Assembly (NCBI GenBank): GCA_001662655.1 | Contig: KV460211.1 | Length of the DNA stretch: 64,000 bases | Strand: one strand, 5' to 3' | Source of the DNA: Pseudogymnoascus verrucosus | Taxonomy: Eukaryota | Shown: positions 33,003 through 45,557 of the stretch, one piece after another | Layout of the letters: each line of letters starts with the position of its first letter | Position numbering within the stretch: position 1 is the stretch's first letter | Translations under genes and position numbers: made by a program | Notes under the pieces: generated by a model | Told to the model about the DNA's origin: nothing | What the model saw: the letters and a program-made list of their open reading frames with translations, nothing else | Databases searched by the model: none

Positions 33003-33221
33003 TCATTGATAACCCACGATCTTGGCGCAGCGATCGCAGTAGTACAGGTTATGTCCGAACTTGACCATGCCGCCGGCGCGGGCATCGTCGGCAGAGACGT
33101 CGCGGCCGTTGTGAGAGACGGTCTCGGCGCTCATGGCGCAGCGTGAGCAGCGCATGGTCTCGACTGTGGAGTGGCACTTCGAGGGGTCGAGGGGGGGTGC
33201 GCGGGGGGCCGGGGCCTCCAT
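33003..33221 (-). CDS. 72-aa zinc-ribbon-like microprotein (CxxC...CxxC)
   Basis: MEAPAPRAPPLDPSKCHSTVETMRCSRCAMSAETVSHNGRDVSADDARAGGMVKFGHNLYYCDRCAKIVGYQ. Strong C-ending codon bias (TGC, CGC, GCC), a C/A-rich 5' leader and TATATA at ~33508. Confidence 0.8.
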   Translation of the reverse strand: MEAPAPRAPPLDPSKCHSTVETMRCSRCAMSAETVSHNGRDVSADDARAGGMVKFGHNLYYCDRCAKIVGYQ

Positions 33222-34638
33222 CGTATGCGGTTGCTGGGTTGTGAAATTGTGTGAGTGTTGGATGTGTTTGTCGGGGGTGTATAGGAGGTTCGCGGCGTTG
33301 TGTTTCGTGTTTCTCAGTTTCGTGGTTCGTTTGTGGTTGTGGCTTTGTGGTTGTATGGGTATGAGAATCTGCAGTGCAGGCAGCGGCGTGTGAGAGTGTA
33401 TGAGCGTATGTGAGTATGAGCGCGAGCTGTCTATGATCTCTGATCTATGCTTCCCAAAAAATTGCAAAGGCGTTCCGTAAAGGTATAAAGTTTTTCTTGC
33501 TGGGGAGTATATAGAGTATTATAGAGTATTGCGATGGGTCTAACTTGTAGTGGGAGGGGGGGAGGGAAAAGGGCCGGTCATTATGTACTCTGGTAACAAT
33601 TTTTGTTTAAAGATGTAACCAGGCATGGGGCTGGGATGGGCAGGGATGGGGCTAAGGATGGGTAGGAAGAGATAGAATGGGTTAGAGGGATTGGGGAGGG
33701 ATTAGGGGGATGGGCAATGGGGGAATGGGTATAGGTGGGGGGAGAAAAAAAAGCAGCGGGCACCGCACGTAAGTCTACTCGTCTGAGATTTAGGTTAGGT
33801 TAGGTGAGGTGAGGTGAGGTGAGTGACGGTTGGGAATTTCGCATGTGGTTTGTTTCGTTTCACGCTTGTCCAAGGTTGCAGGAAGGGAAAAAAAAGGGTT
33901 TAGAGCGGATGATCCCTTGGGGGGCTAGGGAGGCTAGGAGAGCTAAGAGAAGTTACGAGTACCTGTGATGTAGTTGGGCTGTAGCTTGGGTTGTAGCTGG
34001 GAGTATAGCGCGAAAGGGAAAAAATTAGGTGTGGAGGAGGGGGAAAGGGTGGAAGGAGAGTGGTACAACTAGGTGAATTTGGGTGGAATTGGGTTGGGGG
34101 AGAGGTGGAGTATGAGGCTGGAGTGACTCGTAATATGAGTCGGAGATACTTATTAGGTACGGGACATATACATTAGGTAGGGTTAGGAAAGGTGTAACTT
34201 AGTGTTAGGTGTTAGGTGTTTGTGTTTAACTGGTTGTTGTCTTTAATGTGAGGGAGAGAGAGAGAGGGGAGAGGGAGAGAGGGAAAGGTGAAGGAAGGAG
34301 AGAGGGAGGGGAGGGAAGGGAAGACTAGGAGGTGAGAAAGGCGAGTGAGTGAGTAGACGAAGTACCATTTTGCGGTGATTGCTGCGGGTGAGGGACTTTC
34401 AAGGGTAGTCACGACGGACGATGGACGGGTTTGAACGTGGGTGGGCATGGGTAGACGATGGGGAGGGGCAGTGCGGAGGAGCAGGAGGGCAAAGATGACG
34501 TCGCCGTGCAGGGAGGGAAGACTAGAGGAAAACTATACTGTACATCGGTGTAGGTTAGTACTCGTAACTCTATGTAGGCTATGCAGGAGATGGGCAGGGG
34601 TGGGTTCAACGGGTACGGGTATGGGTACGGGCGATTAC

Positions 34639-34795
34639 AGACGATACACACACGATTCGTAGAGACGATACACACGATTCGTAGAGACGATACACACGAT
34701 CCGTAGAGACGATACACACGATACACACGATTACACACGATGCACACACGAATACACTCGATACCACTCGAGTACACTACGATACTGGTCGATAC
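34639..34795 (+). repeat. 22-bp minisatellite (AGAGACGATACACACGATTCGT) decaying into ~10-bp ACACACGAT units
   Basis: Near-perfect copies at 34661, 34683 and 34705, with degenerate units afterwards. Confidence 0.9.
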
Positions 34796-34809
34796 GCACT
34801 GCATTAGTG

Positions 34810-34866
34810 CCACCACTGGCACCACTGGCACCACTGGCACCATTGGCACCTGGCACCAACTGGCAT
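34810..34866 (+). repeat. 9-bp tandem repeat (CACCACTGG/CACTGGCAC)n
   Basis: caccactggcaccactggcaccactggcaccattggcacctggcacc is directly visible. Confidence 0.9.
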
Positions 34867-37800
34867 CCAAGCTGGAAATGCCGCTTGACCGATTGACCTG
34901 TTTCATGTCGGAGATGAGTAAAGAATACAGCAGCGGTGGGTGCGTGCGTGGGTACGTGGGTGTCAGATCAAATCATGGGCCACAGCCCTGTGTGCGTGCA
35001 TACGTGCGCTTGCACTGTATGTGAGATCTCTTCGTATGCAATGCACTGCACTGCACTCAGACTACGATTACGACTACGACTTCCATGACTGCTTCTGCGC
35101 TGGGACTGACTGGACAGTGCTGTGCGTGCTGTCTGTGCAGTGTCATTGCGCCTCAACAACAACAACAACAAATCGTGTACGACTCAAAATCTGCGCTGGA
35201 CTCCATTATTTCTATTCTTATGATCTTACTATTATTATTATTATTATTTATTATTAGCATCTCTTCTCTCTCTCACCGACTATTCCTCCACTCGTCCCCT
35301 CTCTCTCTCTCACCGTCTGTTCGCCTCCTCTTTCCCGTCCGTGTTCGCATGTCCGCCTGTCCGCCGCTTCCTCCTTCGTCGCTCGTGACCAGGCATCAAC
35401 AGCCCTCCCACCAATCCTCACCCTGCAGCACCGGTAATAGCAAGGCACCAGCAAAAAAAAACAGACACACCACCCCCCCTCCCTATCCGCATCCCCATCA
35501 CATCCCACGCGACTCCATCCCATCACATCCACTGTACTGCCGCTTCCCTTCCCGTGCCTTTTGACATTTTGTCCCTCGCTTGGGCTGGCTGGCTACTGGC
35601 TGGCTACTGGCTGACTGGCAGCTCATTACATTACCACTCTTACTTACCACTCGGTCCGCTCTCGCTAGGCTGACTGACAGCTGTTCCCCTATGACTCTCC
35701 GATGTGATGGCTTGGGACCCGCGCGTCCTCCTTCATCTTGTGCCCTGCCCTTACCAGTAGTACACCTTCCCTCGGAGACGTTCTATCCGGCTGCCTGCAC
35801 CCAACAACGCCCCCAAGCACAAACCAAGCACAGAGCACAGAGCACAACCATACAGGCCATGGGAAAAAACGGAAACAATATCCCATACAAAGGTGGGCCA
35901 GATTCAATATCTGCGCGACGTGATGTATACAATACAGTACGTACGTATGAGTCCTCGTACGCTTTGCCAAGGCAGGAAGGACGGAAGGAGCAGGAGATGA
36001 AGCAGGGCGCAACAAGACGCAAGAAGGCGCAAATAGAAAGAGAGAGAAAATTTGGTTGAGAAAGCCTGAGCGAGGAGGAGGTGCAGAAACACGTCGTCAG
36101 CCTCCGAGCGCACATTATTACCATGATAGTACCGCCGACGACGAGGCAAGGCACGATGCCACGATCGATGTCAATGGCCCCACGGTTTCCACGATACCGC
36201 GGCGGTATGGTATAGTATGGTATAGTACACACTCATCCTCGCTCGTTTTCGCTCGTTTTCGCTCAATACGGCCCAATGCCCGTGTCCCCCGAGCTGCACG
36301 TTGTTCTATTTATTTGCTGCCATGTATTGCCATTGCCATTTACTAACCAGTATATTCTGTGTATATACTATATATATACACAAAAATCATGATTACGTCT
36401 CATGTGTCTACTATTTTCCAAGGCACAAACCCTCACATACGCACACACAGACGGACAGACACATCCCGCAGACACATCCCGCGCGGGTGTGTCGGCTTCC
36501 CTGCTTCCATCCCTCCCTTCCACCCCTTCCATGCATGCGCCCGCCCTTCTAACTTCTTTTTTTAACCCTGCCACCCCTTAGGCCCCTACTATACTCACAC
36601 TACCTCTAATTATCCAGTGCGCCGATACGATATGGTATGCCCGTGCATGCTGCCCCTCGCCATCCCAACACAGGGTCACATCGCGGCGGCGACCAGCAAA
36701 CAAACGACAGGAAAAGCAGGAAAATGCATGATTGAGAGACCACAGACAGGAAAGAATAACGGTGTTCTAGCAAGGAACGCACATACGCTGCAGCATGCAA
36801 GTGTACAGCAAGTACCCTCTCCGTACCGCTCACAGACCTCGGGCATCGATCCAGCGACCCGGGCAGCAGGTTGGCTGGCTGGCAGATCTCCCGTCACTGA
36901 CGATGTAACTTGTGTATGTACACGCAGTACAGAATGTACATCCCGTGCCTGTGCTGTGCTGTGTTTGCGATACCTTCGTATATACGGAGACATTCATACG
37001 ATGGTACGAATCATTTGAACCAGCAAGATTCTATATTCTACGGTGCTAGGTGTGTAAGATCTTACCATACTCTACTCTACGGTGCTACTCGTGCTGCTAC
37101 TCGAGCATCCATCTTATTCCCGTAACTTACCCACCATAGCACACAGCACAGCACAAACACATCAACTCGGTCATCGGTCATACTGAGCTCATCTCGCCGT
37201 TACAGTCACAGCGAGTGCCGCCATGCTAACGACTACTCCATGCTAACCTATCTCTAACAACCCATCCACCACAGCCGCGCCGGCAGTCTCGGACACGGCC
37301 TGGTGAGACTTACGGAAATGGTAAGACTCCGGAAGGGATGTGACTGTGGCATAGAGTTAGGGTGAGACTGAGGTATACTGTAGGATAGGGTGAGACCAGC
37401 CAGCGGCTCAAGGTGAGACCACGCAACGCTCTGCCAAAGCACCGCCGCACCGTTACGTACAGCCCCAGCCCGGCCCAGGTATACGCGTAAGTCAAGTCCA
37501 GTAGTTATGCCGAGCGAGCGAGCGAGGAAGCGAACGATCCAGACACACGTCCCGGGTCATCATCTATCCAGCCTTACAGCGCCGCACCGTGGTACGGTAC
37601 AGTACAGTACTACAGAGTACACCGAAACACAAAGCCAAGGTCCAGATCAGATCCAACCAGTCTAGCCAGCCAGCCAGCCAGACCGACACATCCAGACCCC
37701 GTCCAGACCATTCCAGGAACGACGACACAGTCTTTTTTTTGCGAAGGTAAGCAAGTCCCCGTGACTACAAGGCCCGGTCTGGCCGTCGGAGAATTTAATC

Positions 37801-40493
37801 GGGGTTCGGTCCAGTTGCGTTGCCCCGACCAGTCCAGTCGAGTCCAGCCCCCAGGCCAGGCCAGCCCTGTGCGCGGGTCCCTGTTTTTTGTGTTTGTGTT
37901 TGCCCAAGATTCAAGGTTTGACCGAGGTGTAAGGTGAGGAAAAACCGGACGGGGCTGGTGTAATTAACCAGGCTTTTTTTTGGCGGGTGGTGGTGGATGG
38001 GTAAGATTAGGTGGATGGAGTTTTTTTTTTTTTTTTTTGCGCTTCACCGTTTATGCAGACCCGACGACCGACGACGATGTAATGCAAGCCTCTGGGTGGA
38101 CCACCAGTGCAGGAAAAGGCGCTCCGGGTGTTGACAGCGCCGATCGGCGGATGGGATGGGAGGGTGATGTGATCTCGTGCTGTATTTGTGCAGCACTGTA
38201 CTGTGTGTGCAGTGCGGCTGTTCGGTATGGAGTAGATTACAGTGCAGTTGCTGTTTATCATGACATCGCGCATCGTGAACCGCGCATCCATCCCGCGCTC
38301 GCGGACAACGAAGAACGAAGAACGCCTACCTACAGCCTGCATGTATGCATGCACGTAACCGTCGCTCTCTCGCTCTCTCGCTCTCTCTCTCGATATTTAC
38401 ATTTACCCATTTTACCCAGCGCACGCACGCCGCGCAGCCGGATTTTGCGTCGGAAATCCCCCTCTATCTTCGTAATCCATCCCCCCACGTAATGCGCGAA
38501 ATCCCGCATGCACATGTGTATATGTGCAGTTGTTATGTACGTGCTGCTTGCTGCTTGCTGCAGCAGTGCAGAGGCCGATTCGCGCAGTAGAGAGGACGGC
38601 TACTGCATGAACAAACGGCCCAGTAAGTAAAAACGTCCGTCCGTCATTGACTCTCTCCCTCCCCTGTATACGCCCGCCCGACCGATAGACCGGCAGTACA
38701 CCGCTCACCGCACCCCAATCCAATCTAACCCATCACACATCACACATCACATCACGCACACACCGCCGGACATTAAACCCGTCGATCAGCCTCTCCACCC
38801 CGCGCCGCGCTGACTTTCGCTCCCGCGGAGGACATCCACAGCCAGCTAGGTATGCAGCTCGCTGAGCTGGCTGTGGGAGTAGAGTACCAGCCCTGCGCTG
38901 CCAACCCTCCCCGTTCGTTTCAGGCGCGCGCGACGGATGAGCCGGGGCGATCTGGTCTGCGATGACGGTATGACGGCGGTGGGTGAGCGACCCCCTTTTC
39001 GCCGTGGCCGTGGTGGCGGATAGGGGGCGGGGCGTTTTGGGTGCAAATCTCCTGCAAGAAAGGGATACGAAACAGGCGGTGCGCCGATGGAATCGGCGCT
39101 AGGGGAGTTAGGGGTTAGGGGGGGAGGTGGGTTTGGTGGGCGGCGGCGGCATGGGTGCGGTAGTTGGGGCAGCGGGTGGGAAACAAACGGGTCTGCTTGT
39201 GAGAAGTACAGTAGTAGAGTAATGAACGGTGAGGAAGGTGTTGGTATTACGATTTTCCCGGTTTTCGGGATGGGGATAGGGATAGGGTGGATAGGGGAAC
39301 GGACGGAGGAGGGTGGGACGCGGTGGTTTTGGAGGGGCTAGGATTGGGGATTAGGGATCGAGATATTTTCTGAACTAAATCGAGCTAAGATAGCTGACCT
39401 GCTCCAGCGGATGTACCTTAATTGACATAGGTGAGGTTTGCCGAGTGGTGGGGCGCGTCGAACGGCGGTGGTGTTTGGGGATGAGGGAGGGCAGGACGAA
39501 TAGGGTGCACATGTTTGGGTGTGGAGGGTTGGAGGATCGGCGATGTCTGTCATGTCATTCAGCTCTCAGCGGTTCAGGGGGGAGGAGGGAAGGTGGATTA
39601 AGGGGCAGATCAGTGGATATGGTACGATGCTCGTGCTGGGAGTCGATGAGGTTCGTGCGATCACTGTCCGAATTGTATGCGTGTCGTCACACGGCTCGGG
39701 ATATGCCCCCCTTCATCTCGGGGCTGTCACGGAAGCATGCCCATCCCCGTTGTCGCGGCACGATGAACCCCGGAGGATGCTAAGTCGAGTGGCAAATTAG
39801 CACGGGGCCGAGGAAGGAAGAGCTTCCTGCATCTCAATCATCACATCTCATCTGTCAATCGAGGTCTTTGTCAATCATTGTTTGAAATTTCTTCCTCCTC
39901 CTTCCTTCGTCTCCTCAATCACCCAATCTAGCTACACAGTATATGTATACAACCACCTACTCCTACTCCACATCTTCCCCCTTGCCCTTCCATCCCCTCT
40001 CATATCCCCTGCCTCCTCCTCCCTCCTTCCTAATCCTCCTCACCAACTGAAAACAAAACACACCAAGCACCACCATCACGGCACCAAAAGCCCAACAGCG
40101 CTCCGCTCTGCTCCCCAGTAATATCAAGAATAAAGAGCAATCAGAACGCCGCACAAACACGCACAAGAACGCCGAGCCGAGGATAGACACGTGGAAAACA
40201 AATGAACTGCCGCTTGCCCTGCGGGCGGGAATCAGGGGAGGGGAAACAAAACAAACAGGTTGTGGAAAAGGAAAAATAAACCAGTAATCAAGTGTGTGTC
40301 ATGAGTCGTCGTGTAATATATAAAAAGAAGCGCAGTAAAAGGGCTGCCAAAAGTCGCTGGGCAGACATGCTGTTGAAGTAATGCGAGGTATATGAGGCGA
40401 GTCCAGGGCAGGAGATATCCCAGCCCAATATGGTGCCGCTTGAGAAAAAACGGCTTGTACAGTAAGTAACGTCGGTATCAGCGGATTAAGAAA

Positions 40494-42164
40494 TCACATC
40501 ACGACGCAGCATCCGCAGCCCTTCTTCTTCTCGGGCACCACCTCCGGCTCGAACCCGTGCACGGGGAACTGTGCCAGCATCGGGGATTGTATCTTGCTGG
40601 GCGCGTTCTGGATGCGTGGCATGGTGGAATAACCGCTTGACGTACCCGGGCGACTCGGCTCGGGGCTCCTGGCCTTTCTCAGCGGCCACTGCGGGACCAG
40701 CTCGTCCTGTTTCGCCTCGGGTTGCTCCTCTGGTGCGATAGCTGCTGGTTCGGGCATCTTGATCTCGTCGTCGTTGAGCGGGCGAAAGTCGCGGTCGTAT
40801 ACGTTCCCGAACTTGCCCTCCTTCTCCCACTGCTCCTGCTGCAGGCGTCGCGCGACGGTGGGGAGGAGCTGCTGGTCTGGTGGCAGGCGTGGGTCAGGCT
40901 TGTACATTGATGCAAGCCACGGCGGATCGCCCTCGGGGGTCTTGATTTCGCCGGAACGGGTCGTCGGGCGACTGTTGGAGCCGGAGCGTCCCTTTGGTTT
41001 CTGGTTTTGTTGTGTGATCGGAGGCTTGGAGGTCACGCTATTGGCAGACATCTTGCGGCTTGTAGGTGTCGCGTTGGCGGACTTCTTGGGGGAGCTATCG
41101 GTGGAGGCGAAGCGTTTTGGCGCGGACGGGGTGGTGGTCGGGGTGGGTTGGAAGAGGGGTTCCTCGGAGGAAGCTTTCGCACGGGGTGGGGGGTAGGCGA
41201 TGGAGTCCTCTTCGCCGCCCCATACGGCGCTACGGCTGCGTTGCATAGGTGCGTCGCGCTCGAGGTACTCCCAGGGTATTGGCGCGGGGCTCGTCAGGGC
41301 GAGGGGTATCTTGGAGGAGCCTTTCGAGAGAGATCCGTAGTCGCGATAGCTGGAGATGCCATCCGCTGCGATTTCTTCTGGCGTTCGCGGATCCCATCCC
41401 GCAGTGTCATCATCTTCTAGCTCTTCGGCGGTTGGGCTCTCGACACGCTGCTGCTTTGCCGGGTGTTGCTCGTTTCTGTGCAGACCAGTGGCCGACGTGT
41501 CTCGACTCCTGTCCCTCCTGCTATATGCCCGCGTGCGGGGGAGTATGATCCCAGCTGCCTGTAGTTCGCGGCTCTCGATCCGTGCCAGTTTGTCCCTGTG
41601 AATCCAACCAGGGTCGTCTTCGTGATATGAAGCTACACCCATTCCTTCTCGTCCCCGCTCATTAGGGTCCACGCCGTTGGCTGCACTCTTTGCTGGTCCA
41701 GAGCTATAGAGGTCGACTAAACTGTCAGACGGGCTGTCTGTTCCACTCATGCTGCCTTTTTTGTTGATGTTGTTCAACCGTGGGGGCGCGTGGGCTGGCT
41801 CAGCTGCTGAATTTGATCTGGATTGCTTTGCTGCATCATTACGGCGCGTAGAGCCGTTGGGGTGGGAAGTCATTTGCTTTCGCTCTGCGTGAGAGGTCTC
41901 GTCGTGTTGCTGGCGGGGAAATGTAGATTGCTAAAGTTAAAGCAAGGTTAGCTTTCCATAACAGAGTAATCAACAGAAGCATTGGAGAGATTTTGCGCGT
42001 CCTAGATACGCCTATAACAAGGTTTCCCGCATGCCCAACAAGACGTGAAAGGTCCATACCTGGTTTCTAGATGGTACGGAGTAATCCCACGCGCTCGCAT
42101 TCCCATCAGAGCTCGTAGGAGGTGTCAGGGCGCCTGTGGCTTGCGGTGCGGATACCGCAGCCAT
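40494..42164 (-). CDS. teaR: Cell-end marker receptor TeaR (Mod5-like), prenylated, 1 intron
   Basis: Exon 1 42164-42060 (MAAVSAPQATGALTPPTSS..), intron 42059-41931, exon 2 in frame with the 40494-41873 ORF. Motifs WIHRDKLARIESRELQAAGI and EGDPPWLASMYKPDPRLPPDQQLLPTVARRLQQEQWEKEGK; C-terminal CAAX GCGCCVVM. Confidence 0.85.
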
Positions 42165-43390
42165 TGAGCGTGATCTTTCTCTCTCTTTATAAAGATTCGG
42201 GAGATATACGCTCCAAAGGGGTTTTAGGTTCGGTTTGTTTCACCACAAGGATGCAGGTGGCCGTGCCGTTGTTGACGCAAAGGTAAGGTTGTGGCTGTGT
42301 TTGTAGTCGAAAAGAGATGTGGGGAAGGTAAATTGTTCGGGCGATCGAAATTGTAGGTTCTAAAAGACCTTGCGTATCGGTAAAGGAGAATATGCGCTCA
42401 AAACTGGCTGAATGATCGTGTTGAAGGTTGCAAAACAACTGGAGCTTCTATCAAGGGGCCCACTGAAACCCAGGGTCCAAGTTCGAAGATTCGATGGTAG
42501 AGACTGTTGTGGCGCTAAATTCGACCTCAGTTGTCGTGGAAGGTTACAGAGCCTATACAGCAACCTGTCCTCTCAAGAATCAACGTCAATGGAGGTCTGA
42601 ATAGTGTCGTTTGGTGGATAGCAGAGGGGTGCAAAACAGTGAGAGAGGGCGGCTGACGATGGTTGAAAGGGGATGAGGTTGTTGACAGGGGCAGGTGCTC
42701 CTTAGCGACTTTGATATCTCAAAAGGCTGGGACACGTTGGAAACGTGGAAACGGCATGTAAGGGAGCACAATATGATATGTCCCATGGGTAGTATTTTCA
42801 GATTATATATTATTAATTGTTTCTCATTTATAAAATACATCAGGCGGTATATCCTCTTTCACCCAGATTTGAATTCTTTGCGCCTGTGCCAGAGATTGGC
42901 AAGACGCGCTTTAGGAATCTGACACGGCAACGCTTTAAGCATTTATCCGCTGATCCCCATGCAAAAGCCAACCGCTGCCAATAAACCGACTTACTCGAAT
43001 AGAATTCGGGTGGCAACTGAATTATAATTATAAACATAAATAGTAGAGTGGCGAGCCATAGACGCTGTTAACATGGGAAGTTATACTCCTGAGACTATTG
43101 GCCTTAGCTGCTTGGGTTACCAGATTCAGCGTCTCGCTAAATGCAACCCCCGGATTTTGGCAAGTCCGGGGCGGCCTCGACCAATGTAGTTGCGAAATCC
43201 TCTTTGAGACTACAACTATCATTCCCGCGACGACGACAAGAGGCGCATACTCCCTATTGCTTGGAGGCAGTTGCTATATTAGCCTCTGAATGGATGGACT
43301 CATGGGACGGACCATAGAGAGCCCGCTGTCTATTAGGTCAAGCTTCGAGGGCGCGCGCCTTCAAGCTCAGAAGGCCAGCTAACAGAGATC

Positions 43391-45137
43391 ATGATGACCC
43401 GGCGATATGTACGCGACTACGGACCGGCAAGATTCGATCTGTGCTGACTTGCTCTATAGGTGCGCGCTATTATCCAGCTCTCGACAGCAACGGTAATCGG
43501 TATAATACTCCTCTTCCTCCTGGACAGCCGATTCCGCGTCCTTCCCGCCTCGGTCCACACCCTCCTCCCTGCCCACCACGCTGGGCTGGTGATCACAGAT
43601 GTCACCGTCAAGACGTGCTCTACCGTTAACCTCTTCACGAGCTGCAAATCACCGGGCGAAACATGGCACCGTATCGAAAAGGACTTGTACTTGGGTACCG
43701 CCTGGGTGAACAGCGGATATGTCTTCGTGGAGAGGAAGAAGGAGGAAGACTTGCTACCGGATGATAAGATTGTGGTTGATCTAGCTGTCAGTCGTCTAGT
43801 GCCGGCAAATGGGGCTAAAGACGAGGCCGGTGGACAATGGGAGTCCAGGCCGGCGGGAATCTGGATAAAGCGTAGTGGGCGACGACACGCAAGCGATTCA
43901 AATCATGCGGTAACAAGCGTGGACATCCTTTTCGGCCCTGACGCAGTGGAACCGCGGAAAGGCTGGGAGATCAAGGACATGGCACTCCTACTGGATAGTG
44001 GCGTCGAGAAACACGGGGCGCGAATAAGCATACGACGCGGCAAGCCAGCTCCGATTAGAAAAACTGTTCCGCGAATTAACGACAACGGGAAGTTCAAGAT
44101 CTTGCAGGTTGCAGACTTGCATCTGAGCACAGGCGTCGGCGAATGCCGCGATGCCTTCCCGGAGAATGGGGGACCCTGTGAGGCGGACACTCGAACCCTC
44201 GAGTTTATTGGAAAGATCCTCGACAATGAGAAGCCTGACCTGGTCGTTCTCAGCGGCGACCAGGTTAATGGTGACACAGCGCCCGACGCTCAAACCGCAA
44301 TCTTCAAGTTTGCCGAGCTCTTCATCAAGCGCAAGATCCCATACGCAACTATCTTCGGGAACCACGACGACGAGAAGACACTCAGTCGTTCCGGGCAGAT
44401 GGAACTCATCGAATCGCTACCCTATTCCATTTCTGAGGCGGGGCCCGAGGAAATTTCTGGGGTGGGAAATTATTATGTTGAAGTTCTTGCGCGAGGCTCT
44501 TCGAAGCACTCGGCGCTCACATTATACTTACTAGATACGCATGCCTATACGCCGGACGAGCGAAATTACGAAGGCTACGACTGGTTGAAGCAGAACCAGA
44601 TCGATTGGTTTAAATCGACGGCCCAGGGACTGAAGAAGGCACATCGGGAGTATACGAAAGTGCATATGGATCTCGCCTTCATCCATATCCCATTGCCAGA
44701 ATATGTCACCCCGAACATGACGGTTGTAGGTGGAGTTTTGGAGTACGTCACGGCGCCAAAATTCAACTCCGGATTCGGAGATGCTCTCGTAGAAGAAGGG
44801 ATTCTGATGGTTAGCTGCGGACAGTATGTACCTCTTTGCACTTCCCCGCACTACACAGCTAATCCAAAATAACAGTGACCACGCAAACGACTACTGCGGG
44901 TTAGCCATGCAGAAAGAGCGTCCAGCGCTCTGGATGTGCTACGGTGGCGGTTCTGGATTCGGTGGCTATGGAGGCTATGGCGGATACCATCGGCGTGTAC
45001 GATTATTCGATATTGACATGAATGAGGCGCGGATTACAACGTACAAGCGCCTTGAGTACGGAGAGACGGAGAAGAGGATTGATGAGCAGATCATCGTTGA
45101 AGGGGGGAAGGTGGTTAAGCCCGTACCACGGGATTAG
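43391..45137 (+). CDS. dcr2: Dcr2/Sia1-like calcineurin-type metallophosphoesterase, 2 introns
   Basis: Motifs FKILQVADLH, SGDQVNG, FGNHD, AFIHIPLPEY, CGHDHANDYC (split by an intron) and CYGGGSGFGGYGGY; N-terminal signal anchor. Confidence 0.85.
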
Positions 45138-45485
45138 TTGGAATCGTGGGTATCTATAGTATTGGCAGGGACGGTTTTTGGCGCTTGGGCAACATGGAAA
45201 GATTACGAGTGACGATTTGCTTGGATTTGTGTAGGCATATTGTATGTTCAGGAATTGATACCACTAAGTTACGCGTCATATTTTGGGTTGTGGGAATCGC
45301 ACTGCTGTGGCCAAGGAGACGGTATGGCCGGATAGCTTGAATTATGAGGAGCACCAAAAGTATATTCTTTCTGTTTGTTCCCCGACCAAAGGGAACACAC
45401 CAGTCGCTGTTTCTCGCTTTCTCAAATGGGCCAGCCAAGTGAGAAAAAAGCAAAAAAGAAATATCCGAATCGGATAGTAATCATG

Positions 45486-45557
45486 TGACCTACGCAGGGA
45501 TCGAACCTGCAATCTCTTGATTCGTAGTCAAGCGCCTTGCCATTGGGCCAGCAGGCC
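45486..45557 (-). tRNA. tRNA-Arg (anticodon ACG), intronless
   Basis: GGCCTGCTGGCCCAATGGCAAGGCGCTTGACTACGAATCAAGAGATTGCAGGTTCGATCCCTGCGTAGGTCA: acceptor stem GGCCTGC/GTAGGTC, anticodon arm CTTGA-CTACGAA-TCAAG, T-loop GTTCGATCC. Confidence 0.95.

Noticed and set aside
33222..33467. Non-AUG N-terminal extension of the microprotein
   Set aside because: A TTG start in a C/A-rich leader gives His/Thr/Gln low-complexity text, typical of a 5' UTR.
35966..37860. PacC-type GCCARG sites at 35966, 37634 and 37855
   Set aside because: The frequency is about what chance gives for a degenerate 6-mer.
34170..39130. TTAGG/TTAGGG-like words (e.g. ~34177, ~39107) as a telomerase RNA template or interstitial telomere
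   Set aside because: I found no full TAACCCTAA-type template or tandem TTAGGG run, and no pseudoknot support. These fit the local G-rich microsatellites.
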